DNA from: Sphagnum compactum
Lineage: Eukaryota
DNA: 64,000 bases
Reading direction: 5' to 3'
Assembly (NCBI GenBank): GCA_965153455.1
Contig: OZ234493.1
Span: 7,802,213 to 7,866,212 of the forward strand
The notes under the pieces: generated by a model
Told to the model about the DNA's origin: nothing
The model's database searches: none
Seen by the model: the letters and a program-made list of their open reading frames with translations, nothing else
Made by a program: the position numbers and the translations under genes
In this document: positions 39,064 through 52,869 of the stretch, piece by piece
Layout of the letters: every line of letters starts with the position of its first letter
Numbering within the stretch: the stretch's first letter is position 1

Positions 39064-39984
39064 TTTTTTAAAGTTGCAATTTGATTGCAACAGTTTTCTC
39101 CACAAGCGCACAATGACTTTACACCAGACACACCTGGAATCACAAACACACATGGCACTCAACACATACCCACATACATACTTCCCCCTTCCATAACACA
39201 AATGCAAAGGCCCAGAAATTCACATTCTTAACAAATCCTTCAATCATACACATCAAAGCAAAAAACCTCAGCAAACATTCCCATTCATTAGACCCCACCT
39301 TTCTCAGCTGTGCACAATAGGTAGCATCTCCAAGACCAAAAACCTAAAAACCCAAAAAAATGCCTGGAAACCTACTGCTGCTTATAGATGTGAGAAACCT
39401 GAAATCCATAAAGAAATGCCGAATTGGTGGGTGGGAGGGGGGACTGAACTATGATTCCAAAATCTCACACAAGTCTCCAACAAAGTAGGAAAACTAAGAA
39501 ACAAATGGGCAGCAGCATATTGTGTAAGAAAATCACATTAAAAACAAAAACAAAAAGCAGCTATGAGAGATAATGTACCCACCACCTCTTGCAAGTGCAA
39601 TGATGAAAACGATGGAAAAATTGGGTCGAAGTTTTGAAGGCAAACACTGGGCTCCGGAGACGTCCACTTTCTCCACCCACCAAACCCTAAAGTTTGTCTT
39701 GTGTGTCTTTATTGGTTGGCAAGGAAAGGACAAGAAGAGCACTTCTTTGGTGTTTAGGGTTTAGGGCACATGATTGTGAAAGCCCTGGGTTCTGCCTGCC
39801 TGCCCGCTCCTTGAAATCCGCTGGCAGAAAGAAAGGCGGGCAGGAAGACAAAACGTGCACATGAATGCACACATTGTCTGCCCACCTTTTTAGCTACTCC
39901 ATCTAATTTTTTCTGTCCCTGCCCTCTAGCCCATTTGTTAATAGAAATTCCATACATGGGAAGCAAGCACCCTATCAAGCTTGA

Positions 39985-40295
39985 GTTCCCAAACAGTTCC
40001 CATCAAATTCCTCTTGTTCCCATCAATAACCCGTCAAGATCCTTTTATTCTCATCAAGTTCCCAAACAATTCCCATCAAATCCCTCTTGTTCCTATCAAT
40101 AACCCATCGAAATCCATTTCTTCTCATCAAGTTCTCCAACAATTCCCATCAAATTCCTCTTGTTACCATCAATAACCCATCAATATCCTTTTGCTCCCAT
40201 CAATAACCCATCCAAATGATTTTTGTTCCCATCAAGTTCCTATCAAACTCCTTTTGTTCCCATAAGTTCCCATCAACTTCCTTTTGTTCCCAACC
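39985..40295. repeat. Degenerate minisatellite built from ttcccatcaa / gttccc units
   Basis: Repeated ttcccatcaaattcctcttgttcccatcaataacc blocks upstream of the F-box gene. Confidence 0.8.
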
Positions 40296-43200
40296 CAACC
40301 CTACAATGAAAACCCGTGCTACAGACTGCCGCATTTCTTTCAACTCTTTTCATCAGGTTAAGGTTCAAACATTAAAAATTTTAAGATTTTTGGGTAGATG
40401 AGTAGGGTTTGGTAACCCTCTATCACGGACTCCCTTTTGGATTTAAAAATGGGTATGTAATTTTTTTAATGAATTTTAAATGAAGAAAATTTTCATATTT
40501 TGAAATTACTCAAAACAAATTTCGAAGGCCAAATCCAATGCTAAAATACAAGAATAAGAATCAAAAACGTCTAATTTGTCTTTTTTTATTACAAATATCC
40601 ACAAACAACTATGAATTAATGAAAGCCTTGTACATCCTTGTAGGTCAAGTTTCTAATGTTAAACAAACACACACAAAATGTTACAATTAAAGAATTATGT
40701 GAGGCCTTTTTGGATCATATTTTTAAACTTTGTGTTTAGAATTTAATCACCACACTCAATAGTTTGTTGACTCATATCCTCCACTCTAAAATTCCACCTA
40801 AGCTTTAAAAGACACATAGACAATGTCTCAATGGAACCCAACTTGGAAACATTAGTTAATATTTTCAATCCCCCCAACACACAAAATGCTCAAGGAGCTC
40901 AACTTGAAAACACCATCTATCTCAATCCCAACAATTTTCCCACCTCTCCCAAATGAACTTTAACAATATACTTAATTGACTTCCTCACAACATCATCATA
41001 TCCCAAGGCTTACACAAATTTATGGTTTGTAAAGCAACAACCCACATACAACAAAATCTAGTAAGACAAATTTAGCAACAATCTACCTTACTAAATTTGC
41101 AACATAAATGCACATTCAAAATCAAAGTTTGTTAGATTATCAAGTTCATCAAACACATCCAATTGGTCTTTAAACTCCTCCATTTATTTCAATAAATTTG
41201 CTTCAATGTCCCCGAAGTCATATATTAAGGATTTAGCTACAAATGCTTCACATCCAAAATGCAGATTGTTCAGCCAATTTTTGGAAATTAACGCAATTTG
41301 ATTGACTTTTGAATTTTAAGTTGCCATTTGCAAAGACTTGTCAAAATCCTAGCAATGAAAAAATTCATTTTGTTTTAATTTGATTTCTCATAATATCCAA
41401 ATTTTGATGAACCAAGTACTTAACAACAACCAAGGCTTCATCTACATTCCACCACTTCAATGGATTTTCACAAGACTACTACCAATTCACATTTCACCTA
41501 TAATCAAAAAGGTTAATAATCAGAAAAATATTAATTACATTATTCAGTGCATTTAGACATATGAATAAAATAAGAGCTAACAACAATTAAAAAATCGAAA
41601 GTGAATCATAAATGGAAAAATTTACATGCTCGATATTGACAATATCATTTTGAAACAATTTTGCACCAAACACAACCAATGATTTTCTTGGGTATCAAAA
41701 TTTGATGTTGATTTTGTAGGAAAATTAACTTTCTACTAAGTTGAACACAAAAGGGGAATTAAAAGGTTTCATAATCATACCTTGTTGCTACAATTGTGGT
41801 TATCTTTTTTTCACATATTTGTTCACAATGGATAGATCCTTGAATCTAAGGTCAAACATGAGAACTAACATCATGTGAATCTACTTTGAATCAAATTCAT
41901 GTAAACAATCCAAAAGTGGAACAAGCGCATGTGTGACTTCCATTCACATCCTATTTGTTACTAAAATCAATTTTGTATCAAATTGAGATGGGGGAATAAA
42001 ACTCATTTGGGTTTCTAAATGAAACATCTCTTGGATTAGTTCGACATAGAAATTGAATACATTTGCAAGTGCATCATCAAACAACCAATAATTATCATGT
42101 TGATTGAACACACAACTTGATACAATTGAGGTTAAGGTTGATGCACTGATTTCAACCATGGCCCAAATTTGTGCTATTGGAATTCTACCTTGCAAAACCA
42201 ATGTTTGTTGGTTATAACAAACATGAATGGTAGACTCAACTTGTAAGGCTTACTATAAGATTACCACTTTGAAAATGAACTTTCTTTTCATTGGTGTGTT
42301 CAAGTATGTATGTACTAGACAATAGTTCATTTTAAGCAAATACAACACTTCGTATAAATATTTAACAAGTTTTTAAAAGTATCCCAATGGACATGGTTGT
42401 TGTTTTTTAATAATTCATTATTGTAATATTCGATTACAAAATGATCACCACTTACAAAACCTTTTGACCCTATGTCAAAATCTATATAAAAAAAACATTG
42501 ATCATGTCATCTATTATGGTGGATGAAATTTGAAAATCTTAAAAGGAAAACCCATAGACTCCGCATGAATCAAAGTTCAAATAAAGATTTTTAAGAAAAA
42601 TTCATTAAGCACAACTCTTTTGAGAAACAAAAAAAATATTCCATTTCAAAAGGACTTTTGAAAATAAGGTTAATTTTGACCCTTCAAAAGTCCATGACTA
42701 CCATTTGGTTAAATTTTTTTCATAAATATTTCACACTTAATTTTATTATTTCATGCTCTGGCATAGTTAATATAAACAATTTGGAGTTGAATTCAACATG
42801 AATTTCTCATTTTTTTAATAATCCAATCAATTGATTAATCTATATTTTTGAACTTCAAGAGTCCATTACTAACAGTGATGCAATATTCTCAATAATTATA
42901 TAAATGTGTTCATAATCAAATGTTTAGTTAAAAACCAATTGGTCATTGAGAAATTTATTCACCACAAGTATTTGAACACAATACATCTAACGAAAATTAC
43001 AATTGTGACACCAACAATGAACCACTTTAACTTGCATTCACCCAACTTATGTTATCATAAACCTATATCCAAACAAGCCTTTGTCCATTTTACCTTTCTT
43101 TTTGAAGATTTTTTTACCCATGTTATACAAGATTGTATTAAAGATTGGGCAATTTTGATGTTCATTAGCTATAGACTAAAACTTACTTTTTCATGGGAAG

Positions 43201-44085
43201 TGGTGTATTAGCAAACTTTAAAAAGGGCATGACCAAAACAAACACTTTGAAATGGAGCTTGTATCCCTAATTCATTATAATTAATAATTATTTTAAGGTC
43301 CAGATTTGTTCCTTCATTTTCACATAAATTTTTTTGTTAGTAAGCTTGTATTTTTCAAACAAATTTAACATGTAATTAACTAACACACCTTTATTCATCC
43401 AAATATCAAATGTTGTTGTGACAAAAGTTATAACATTGACATGAGGGAATTTAGCAAACTTTTGAAATGTGTATCTTATCATAAAAATATAGTATTTTCC
43501 TAAAGAGGTCACTTCCATTTTATTCCAAACAATGTGCAAAAAAAATAGGGTGCACCTTATTTTTAAAATTGAAAAATTAATTTGCTAAACCCTATAATTC
43601 ATTATGAAAAATTATTTTAAATATACATAAAATATATTCAAAATATGCCATTATTTCATAGCAAAATTTAAAATACCCTTTTATTTTAAATTTTTATTAA
43701 AATATACAAGCAATGACCTCCTTGAGAATATTTTTTTTGCTTGATGGAAACACCACAGGTACAAATCCTAATAGAAGCAAAACTACTTCATCCATATTTT
43801 TTCAACCATGTTTAAAAGGAATAACCCTCTTCATAATAAAACAACACAAGGTTGTCAATATAATTGGGTGTAGTTTTGTTAACAAGTGCCAAAACATTTG
43901 AACCCATTTCTTAATTTTGTTCATATAAAATGAATTACAAATGGAATTTTCTGTATACAATGTTATTTTCACCATATTGATATACATATTTTGAAATCAA
44001 TTTAATGAATAAACAAAATCCCAAAACACTTTTAAAACAACTCTTATTAGCTTTTTTGCAATGTAAAAGATTTCAAACCTAATTA

Positions 44086-46954
44086 CATAGTAATGACATT
44101 CGTCATTTTGCACTTTAAAATTCGCGAATTTACGTGGTAAAGCACCTTGTCAAAACATTCGGCATACATTCGTGAAACATTTGCCAACATGGACATCGCG
44201 CGCGGCGACAGCCTGTGCTGAACGGTAACGGTTACTGCAAGACCATTACCACTCAGAGTCAGGCTGCCGCCAATACCTGCCGGCCGCGCCGCCAGTGCAG
44301 TACGGTGCGGCTGGGCCGCCAGGCTTGACTGAGTCTGTACGGTAGCCTGACGTCTTGCATGCCAATGCTTCGTTCTAGTTTGATCTAGCTTGAAGTTGCC
44401 AGCTTCCAAGTTCCATATGTCTCTATGCAGCAGCATAGTTGAAGATCTGAGGATAAGGATAAGGAATCTGACAGCCGCCATGGTCAAGGAAAAGGGACCA
44501 GAGCATGCCCACGTTGTCCAGCAGGAGGAACCCAAGACCCCTGGGGAAAGCACTAAGGTCAAATGCAAATACTGTGAACTTGTCTTCACCGCCACAACAA
44601 CCAGGATTCGTGCACATCTTCTAGGGTGGACTGGATTTGGTGTGTGAGCTTGTGACAAAGTCCCCCCGGTGGTTACACACCAGTTTGAGGAGCTGGAGAA
44701 GGAAAAGAAGGAAAAGGAGTTCAAGAAGCGGAAGGTTGAGCAGCTTGACAAGCTGTCCGGTGGGGAGGCTGTCAAACCTAAGAAGCAAAGCACCCTGAAG
44801 GCTGCCTTTTCCAAGCAAGATTGTTCGAAGGTTGACCAGCTTTGGGGTCGAACATTCTATGCCAATAGGCTCTCTTTCCGTTTAGCAAAGGATCCTCGCT
44901 TCAAGGCAGCTGTGGCAACAACAGCAAGCTTTGGGGAGTCATATCCAGGGCCTCCTTCTGTGGACAGGCTGCGAACAACCATTCTGGAGCGTGAGAAGCA
45001 GCTTTGTCGGGATGGCTTGGCCTCCTTCCAAGAGTCTCTTCAGCTGACAGGGGCAACGATTACCAGTGACGGGTGGTCTGATGTGCGTAGGCGCCCTCTG
45101 TTAAATCTGCTCGTTGTCTCTCCGAAGGGGGAAATGTTCCTCAAGGCGGTTGATACGGGGGGTGAGACAAAGGACGCTGCTTATATTGCTGGACAGCTGA
45201 TTGATTGCATCCGGGAGGTTGGTGCAGACAGCGTCATCCAAGTTGTTACAAACAGTGCGGCAGTCTGCAAAGCTGCTAGCAGGCTGGTTGAGCAAGAGTT
45301 CTCTTGGATAACGTGGACGTCGTGCACCCCACATTGTCTGGACCTGCTCTTTGAAGATGTGGGGAAGCTGCCATGGGCTGCAGAGGTGGTTGCAGAGGCA
45401 AAGGCGGTGGTGAAATTCATCACAAATCACCACCGGAGTCAGGCGTTGTTTCGCGGGAAGTCTATGTTGGATCTGTTGAAGCCGGGGGACACGCGCTTTG
45501 CCACCAACTTCATCATGCTGGACCGCATGCTGGAGGTGAGAGAGGCGTTGCAAGAGCTGGTTGTCGGCCGGGAGTGGAGGGAGTGGAACGGGAAGTCCAA
45601 TCATTCGGATGATGGGGACGAAGTGAGGGACTGTGTCTTGCGGAGCGGATTCTGGAAGAACCTGGAAGAGGTGCTAGCATTGACAAAGGGGATGGTGGCT
45701 CTGCTGCGGGAGTGCGATCGGGGGGTGCCAATCGCAGGAAAGGTCTACGTGGCAATGTTCAATTGCGAACAGGAACTAGAGGCCCTGAGGGACGGCACCT
45801 CGGAGTACTGTCCTGGGATCAAGGTCTCTGCTCAGAAGTATGCACAGGTGCATGCAATCTGGGAGAAGCGCTGGGAGATGCTGCACAGCGACATGCATGC
45901 CGCTGGGTATGTTCTTGACCCAGAGTATCAGTCTCCAGATAACGGGCAACATAGCAACGTAGAAGTGATGCGAGGGTTTCACAACATTGTTGAGAAGCTT
46001 CTGCCTAACGTTGAGGATCAGGTTAAGGCAATCGAACAGCTAGCTAAATACAAGAACTCGGAGGGAGAGTTTGGCCGCCCGTTCGTCAAGGCAAGTGCTA
46101 AGAAGTTGCCAGGCTGGAAGTGGTGGATGGAATTTGGCTCAGAGTGCCCCGAGCTGCAGAGCGTGGCGCAGAAGGTGCTGAACCAGATCTCATGCGTGTC
46201 TGTGTGCGAGAGAAACTGGAGCACCTACGACTTTATCCACAACAAAAAGCGCAATCATCTGCGACCAGACAAGGCAAACGATCTAGTGGAGGTGTTCTCT
46301 AACCTGCGTCTGATCAGCAATGTGAACAACATCGAATATGAGGAGCAGATGGTGGCATGGGATAGCGGAGAGGAGGAATTGGAGGAAGAGTGAAGCACGA
46401 GTGAGCTTGGCAAAATATTGGATTGTGTCCTTTTTTTTGTGAATCTGGTGTGCTGGAGCTCAAGAAAGTTTAAAAGCTATTAGATTTTGCAGTCAGGTCA
46501 AAACTTTTTCTAGTTTGTGCAGTCCAATCAGATCTGGTATGCGGCTCAACTAGTTCTGATGCAGGGCTTGACTGCATGCATTTGTTTCTTGAATCTTTTT
46601 GGGTGGTATGATGCCGAATATGCTTGGTGGTAAAGTGAGGACAGGCTGATTTGTCCATCCAGGATAGAAGTCTGATAATGTTTTAAAGTTGATCAACAAT
46701 ATAAAAGCTTGAAGAAGATTCGTTCAGCATTTGCTAGAGAGTGACTTCATTGGTATCTGCTGTCCTGCCGAATCTGCTTGATGGTAAAGTTAGGACAGGC
46801 TGATTTGTCCATCCAGGATATAAGCCTAATAATGTAAGCCTAACATGCCCGCGAATGTTTACCGAATGTTCACCGGTTGATCTATAAAATTTGTTAAAAT
46901 TCGTGCTTCTTTGAGCTTCCATAACATTCCCGCACCAAGAATGTCATCACTATG
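44086..46954 (+). mobile_element. Young full-length hAT DNA transposon (2869 bp)
   Basis: 16-bp TIRs catagtaatgacattc / gaatgtcatcactatg (15/16 match); perfect 8-bp TSD cctaatta at 44078-44085 and 46955-46962. Confidence 0.97.
44480..46393 (+). pseudogene. hAT transposase (BED finger, catalytic core, dimerisation domain) with one premature stop
   Basis: VKCKYC...IRAHL...GV*ACDK (TGA at 44645, same frame on both sides); TSDGW, CTPHCLDL, TRFAT, LDPEY, WKWW, CERNWS. Confidence 0.92.
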
Positions 46955-47248
46955 CCTAATTATTTGTGGAATTTTTTTAATATCTAGATACCTATGTATT
47001 TTGGAAAAAAATTAACATAAACCTTATCATAATAAATATATATATATTTATTTAATTTTTTTTTTTCTAAAAATTTCTAAAAGGGTTTTAAAATATTCTT
47101 ATAAAAAAATAGTGGCCTAAAGGGGACATGTGTGATAGTGCTTGCACCCAACTTTTTTGTTTTTTTTTTTGTAAGGTGAAGTGCTTACAAAGAAATGTTA
47201 AAAATGTATTTTTAAAAAATTATAAATTTGCGAGTCCAAACTTCTTAA

Positions 47249-47491
47249 GGTGTACCAAAATCTTGTCACAGTGTCACTATTTTTTGTCTTTTTTACCTAG
47301 TCTTTTTTTACCATGTACAAAGACACATTTATGAATGATTATGATGGAATGTAGAATTGTAATGGTTTAAAATATAGTCCTTTTGAAAATTTTGACAACT
47401 TTTGACTTGTTATTTTTTATGGGGATCAAAATATAAGGTAAAAAAATACTACAATAAGGACTAAACCTTTTTTTAACTTGTGTGGTACACT
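47249..47491. mobile_element. MITE-like element, copy 2
   Basis: ggtgtacca...tggtacac termini; homologous to 21218-21456. Confidence 0.6.
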
Positions 47492-48817
47492 TCAAAGGAT
47501 TTTCACCCTTGCAAATTTTAGAATTTTTCTTTTCAAAGGGATTTCTATTGCAAAATACCATCTTGTAAACTAATTAAATAAACACAAGAAATGTCAAGAT
47601 GTCCACTTTCAATGTTCTTTTTCATGGCATGACTAAGGTCTCAATTTCAATCTTATGAAAAATAATTCCATCCTACTATGAGTATTTGTTCTCAGCACCC
47701 AAAACAATTGAATGACACAAAATATTATGAAAAACTTGTTTTCTTTCAAATGTCACGGGTTCATTAACATTTGGTGTGTAAAGTGCCCAAGGAGCAAATC
47801 CTTGACCCCGTCAAATCCAAAAAATTGTTTGTGCTACTATGCAACTATTTCCTCCACTTACACTCGACCCCACACAAACTTGTTTAAACACATATTTAAT
47901 TAATTATGGACTTTACAAAAGTCCAAAAATACCAACACATGATTTACACCCTATAAACAATGAGGCTTTCAATTATAAATTTGACCTAACGGCACCAAGT
48001 TGTTCACTACAGCAAAAGATATTAGAAAAACAACAAAAAACATATAGGTCGAACATCCAAATTACACCTTATGGCCACCAAGTTTTTAACCATAACCAAA
48101 AATAAAATGGAATAATTAACATAATAGAATCAACATAAATCAACAAAATTTATTGAAAATTTAAAATACAATTTGAAGTTTGAGTCAGGCTGGTGCCCAA
48201 CTTGTTGATAATTTTTACTGCAAACGAAATTGAAAAAATAAAAAATTCCAACTAACATATTAGTGGAATAAATAAAACATATTTCGTGACATACAAATTG
48301 AACCTAATTGCCAACTATAATCTTATCATAAATGAAAGACTATTTTAACACTACAACAAAAGGTGTCCTTGTACGCCAAGTGATTTCACTATATTTTGAA
48401 TGAATTCACTAGTCTTAGTAAATGGGGACTAATTGGAAAATAGTGAATTCACTGGTGTATGAACTGCACCCACATTTTGTAATAATGTAAATAACCTTAA
48501 AACAATGCAAAACCTTAAGAGTAAGGTTAATTTCTCTTCGTTTTGGAACTTTTGTGATGGTCCATGGTCAAATATGCAATTATATCCACATTATTTCGAA
48601 ATAAAAATCTTAATGGCAAATATTATCTTCTTCATTTTAAAGTTGTAAACGTTGTCATGCAATTTGTGAACAACAAACACAACCAACTACAAACAAAATT
48701 TAATGCCAACAAACGAAAATATATAACATAATTTTTTCAACATATAAGATAACAAATGACCTGAAAGATCAAAAATGAAAACAGATGAAATGATTCAAAG
48801 TGCATACCCAAAGAAGG

Positions 48818-49520
48818 TTAGGCATTGATAGGATCACCATTGTCACAATTCATATATTGCATGAACCAAGAATAATTTTGCAAAGAAGAATTTAAACGAG
48901 GCTTAAAATATTTGACAAAAACATCATAATGATCTTGAATTTTGCTCATCAAAGGCAATTTAATTAAGGCTAACCACAAACGAGATGCCAAATCCAACAA
49001 TTGCACCTTATTCCTTGATATTCACCCTTGAAGGACTCAAGAAAAAGACCACTCCACTTCAAATTTCGAAATGTGTTACTAGGTTCGTCATCAATCAACA
49101 ATGTTTGATTTTCCTTCCCATGAAGTAACCCTTGACAACCATAGTACACATGCTTCAAATCTTTCAAATGATAATAGGCCCCAGGAGAAATTTGACCAAA
49201 CATCTTCGAGCATTGTTCGCATCCCCAAATAAAAACAAATTGATCCACGAATGTATCTAGAATCAACTCTAGAAGAACCTCAAGCACATCCTTCAGTTTC
49301 ATACAAGACCAAATAATATAAAAAATTTCAAATGCGTGAGCAAAAAAATGTTTCACTATAACTCTCACTTTGATTTTGCTTTTGTCAATATTTCTTCCAG
49401 ACACTCGAGCATTCCCTTGTAGAATAATAGATTGGGGGAAATAGTAGAATACACAATTCACGCTTAAAATTAATAATTTTTTGGGTCCGAAAGGTCCCAA
49501 ACATAGACATGAATGCAAAT
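48818..49520 (-). pseudogene. Degenerate FCP1/NIF-like (HAD) phosphatase-domain fragment
   Basis: KKLLILSVNCV (degenerate motif I), YIIWSC, LKDLKHV and NQTLLIDDEP appear in NIF/FCP1 order; the catalytic Asp is absent and there is a frameshift near 49010. Confidence 0.5.
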
Positions 49521-52500
49521 ATATACCTTCGCTCAATTGGGCTGATGCGAATGAATCTTGAATTGCAAAAAACTCAAAGCCTGCCCAAGTTAAATGCATG
49601 TAGTATAGAATATTAAGGTGTTATGCACACCTTCAAAATTCAACTCATGATCAAATAACGATGTGTAATCAGGAATATTGTTATCATGTTATACAACACA
49701 TTGACCTACCCCGAATTAAAAATTTTGTTTCAAGAAAGCATCATGTGGGCACTACATGACATTACACCATATCAAATGAAACAATGGCAAAAAGCTAGAA
49801 CTAAATACACATAACAAGACCCTAGTGGCCACCTAACAAGATAGGAAAAAACATTTTAAAATTCTAATGTATAGATCAAATGCAATCACATACTACTTAA
49901 AATAACTCATAAAGTGCCATTCTAGAATCAGAATCCACAATCCTTTTGGCTTTTCCAACTCTTGCAAGAGTGACAATCATAGAACATAAAAGTTAAATTT
50001 ATAAAAATGCAAAAAGAAATAAAATCTTAAATAACTTATAGGGAATTCAAACCCCAACCTTAGAAAAAGGTGCTACCCATTGCAATTCAAGCCCTTACCT
50101 ACACCCCAAACCCAACTAGAAACAAAATCAATGCAAGTTGAAAAACAAATGAACCTAGGAGTTACTTGAATTCATGAGCATGCAATCAAAAGTCACCATT
50201 ATGGACCAAGTGAGATTTTGATGTCAAATAACATATGTATGCCAACCACCATCTAAAAAATAAACCCATCAAAGATGAATGATTTCTTTCACTATTGTGA
50301 TTCGTCATATGAAGTTCAATAGAAACTGCACATTAGTAGAATTCCAGGTTTTTCAAACTAGGTTTTATGGTTTAAAAAACCCCCAAAGTGACAAGTGTCA
50401 AAAATCCCCTTGGTTTTCTAAATCAAGTTGATTTTAACAAGTCCAGTATGATTGGGATGATTTTTTTGACCAACCCTGGGGTGGTGCTTTTGACCAGAGT
50501 TTTTGACAACATTTTTTTTTATTAGTGGTCAAATGATACACAATATATATGGTCATCTCAGTGCCCACATGTCATCATTTGATTTTTGCTTTGTTAATCA
50601 AATGGGCATCTAGTTTATTTGATTGTTAGTCAGCTTGGTAGTTTGAACATACCCATGTTTCCTTAGCCATGTGTCACCAAATGTTAGGTTATGTGGTTTA
50701 TTTTTCTCACTATTGTGTCCAAAGTGAACCTTAAACAACAATTTACTTAGCTCAAAACTAGCATGTCTAATTTCATTGTGAGATGGTGTTTTCATCTTGC
50801 AAGAAACATTATGATAATTTATGTTCAATATTTGATTCTACTATGAATAATACGAATTGTAAGCTAGAAAACTACAACAATTGATCACATGGATTGAAGG
50901 AAGTTATGGAAATAAAAGCTTACCTTGATTTTTAATAAGTTATGTTTCATGAAAAGTGTTTTAAATGGGGTTCATTATAGATGGCAAATTGTTGGATTTG
51001 TTGGATTTGCTACTTTTGACTAGGATAGGAAGGATTATGAATTTATGGGGTGAACTTCTAAAATCAAAAGTAAAGCCATAATCTTTGGTGTCACAATTAG
51101 CTTTTCTCATCACCAACATTCTAGTAGGATGTTTACAAAGAATTTTCATGAAATTAATGTTGTTGATTTAAGATTTTTTTTTCACTACACATATGGAAAA
51201 TTATGGAAAAACATTTCATTCATCAAACAATTGCACAAATTTGTAAACATTTTAGTGTTCCATGCAGTTGGTTGTGGCATTTGTTCATGCATGCAATAGA
51301 TTTATAAATTGATCAACTTCTTAGACTACATGTACTTTTTTTGTGCTTGATATTGTGTTCATTAACAATGTGCCTCCAAAAGAATAAGAGAGATAACAAT
51401 TGCTAATGTCAATGCCAATGCAATTTGTTGACTAATATGTTGTTTTTTTTTATATTTGAATTTGTCAATTACTTCCTGCCTTTTGTGTGAATGCATACAT
51501 TGGAAATTTTTTTATGTGTTAAGTTATGACTATAGGTTTGTTGAAAATTTTGATACATATTTGCCAACTCAAACAAAAGTTTTGTGAATGCAAGGTATGC
51601 ACTAATGATTTCATGGAAAAGTAATGTTAGACATAGAAAATGGAGTGTAATTACTTGGCCAAATGACTTTGATGCACAAGTATTCTACCTCAAAATTTTC
51701 TTTCAAATCCTTCCAATCTTTTCAAGTCCTTTCAAGTTCATTTTCAAGTCAAATTTAAAAGCCATAAATTATCATTCAGAGATATAATATAAATTTATCA
51801 ATGTTACCATAAAATTGCATGTTGCAAAATTAATGTGCATAAATAATTTTGGATTGATAATCAATTTTGTCAAAATATGATGTATTATAACCCTATTATG
51901 AAATGAAATAGTTCACCAAACAAGTTCCAACATGTTCCATAAACTTCTTCAAATAAAACTTCAAAGAAATATGTCCCATCAAAAAATATATATATACAAT
52001 CCCATATTTAACCTTTATCTCTTTCTCTTACAAAATCATTTTGATGCATAACATAGATTCATCATTGTAACATCAATTCTTCATGTCTCACGTTCATTAC
52101 AAGTGATTTCAACATTGACACGCTCACAACCTCAAGTAGGTCAATTGATTGTTAACAACTCTTTGAATTTATGACCACATTCAACGACAAACCCCATATT
52201 TGTACTTCACTAAAAAACAAAGAGTAGTACTCATCATATTTGAACAAATGTCAAAAGCAATTGTGTATATCAAAAGGTTATTATCTAGATTATCATAAGC
52301 ATATTGTATAATTTGAATGCAAACTTTTTAACAATTTGAGCAATGCTCAATTAAAGGCACCAAACTTTGTTTCATGTAACACACTCAAATGAGTCATATA
52401 TACTGTGTATATATATATACATTTTTGCAATTAAGTTTATAATCATTAAAAGGATAGAACCATCTCATAGTTCTCACTTGTTTTGTTTTGTGCCCTAATT

Positions 52501-52609
52501 TATTTGTTTATGTTTTTGTGTTAGGATGAAAATTTCCACATTTAAAAAAAGTTCAATGCTACAGTCTATTAGCCACTTCCATGACTTAAAATAACGACCA
52601 AATTTTGCT

Positions 52610-52869
52610 ATGTGTACATTGAAGACGATCATTAGCCATGGATTTTGCCAAGTGTATATTGAAGATGATCCATCATATTAGCCATGGATTTTGCCAAGTG
52701 TATACTGAAGATGATTGATCATATTAGCCATGGATTTTGCCAAGCGTATATTGAAGATGATCGATCATATTAGCCATGGATTTTGCCAAGCGTACATTGA
52801 AGATGATCGATCATATTAGCCATGGATTTTGCCAAGCGTACATTGAAGATGATCGATCATATTAGCCAT
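52610..52869. repeat. 46-bp tandem repeat x ~5.5 downstream of DXS
   Basis: ATATTAGCCATGGATTTTGCCAAGCGTACATTGAAGATGATCGATC; agcc recurs at 52634, 52680, 52726, 52772, 52818 and 52864. Confidence 0.95.

Larger units (their letters stand above)
41200..47800 (-). mobile_element. Old, fragmented hAT-type transposase remnant, interrupted by younger insertions
   Basis: Reverse-strand fragments in colinear order: putative BED-like region (about 47590-47800), VVFPSSK (43740), TTFDIWMNKG (43400), MFDLRFKD (41850), NPLKWW and the dimerisation region (41350-41470). Confidence 0.55.

Noticed and set aside
44083-44814. 243-aa antisense ORF
   Set aside because: Shadow of the GC-rich transposon with no recognisable motif.
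52610-52869. CRISPR-like array
   Set aside because: Pure tandem repeat without spacers.
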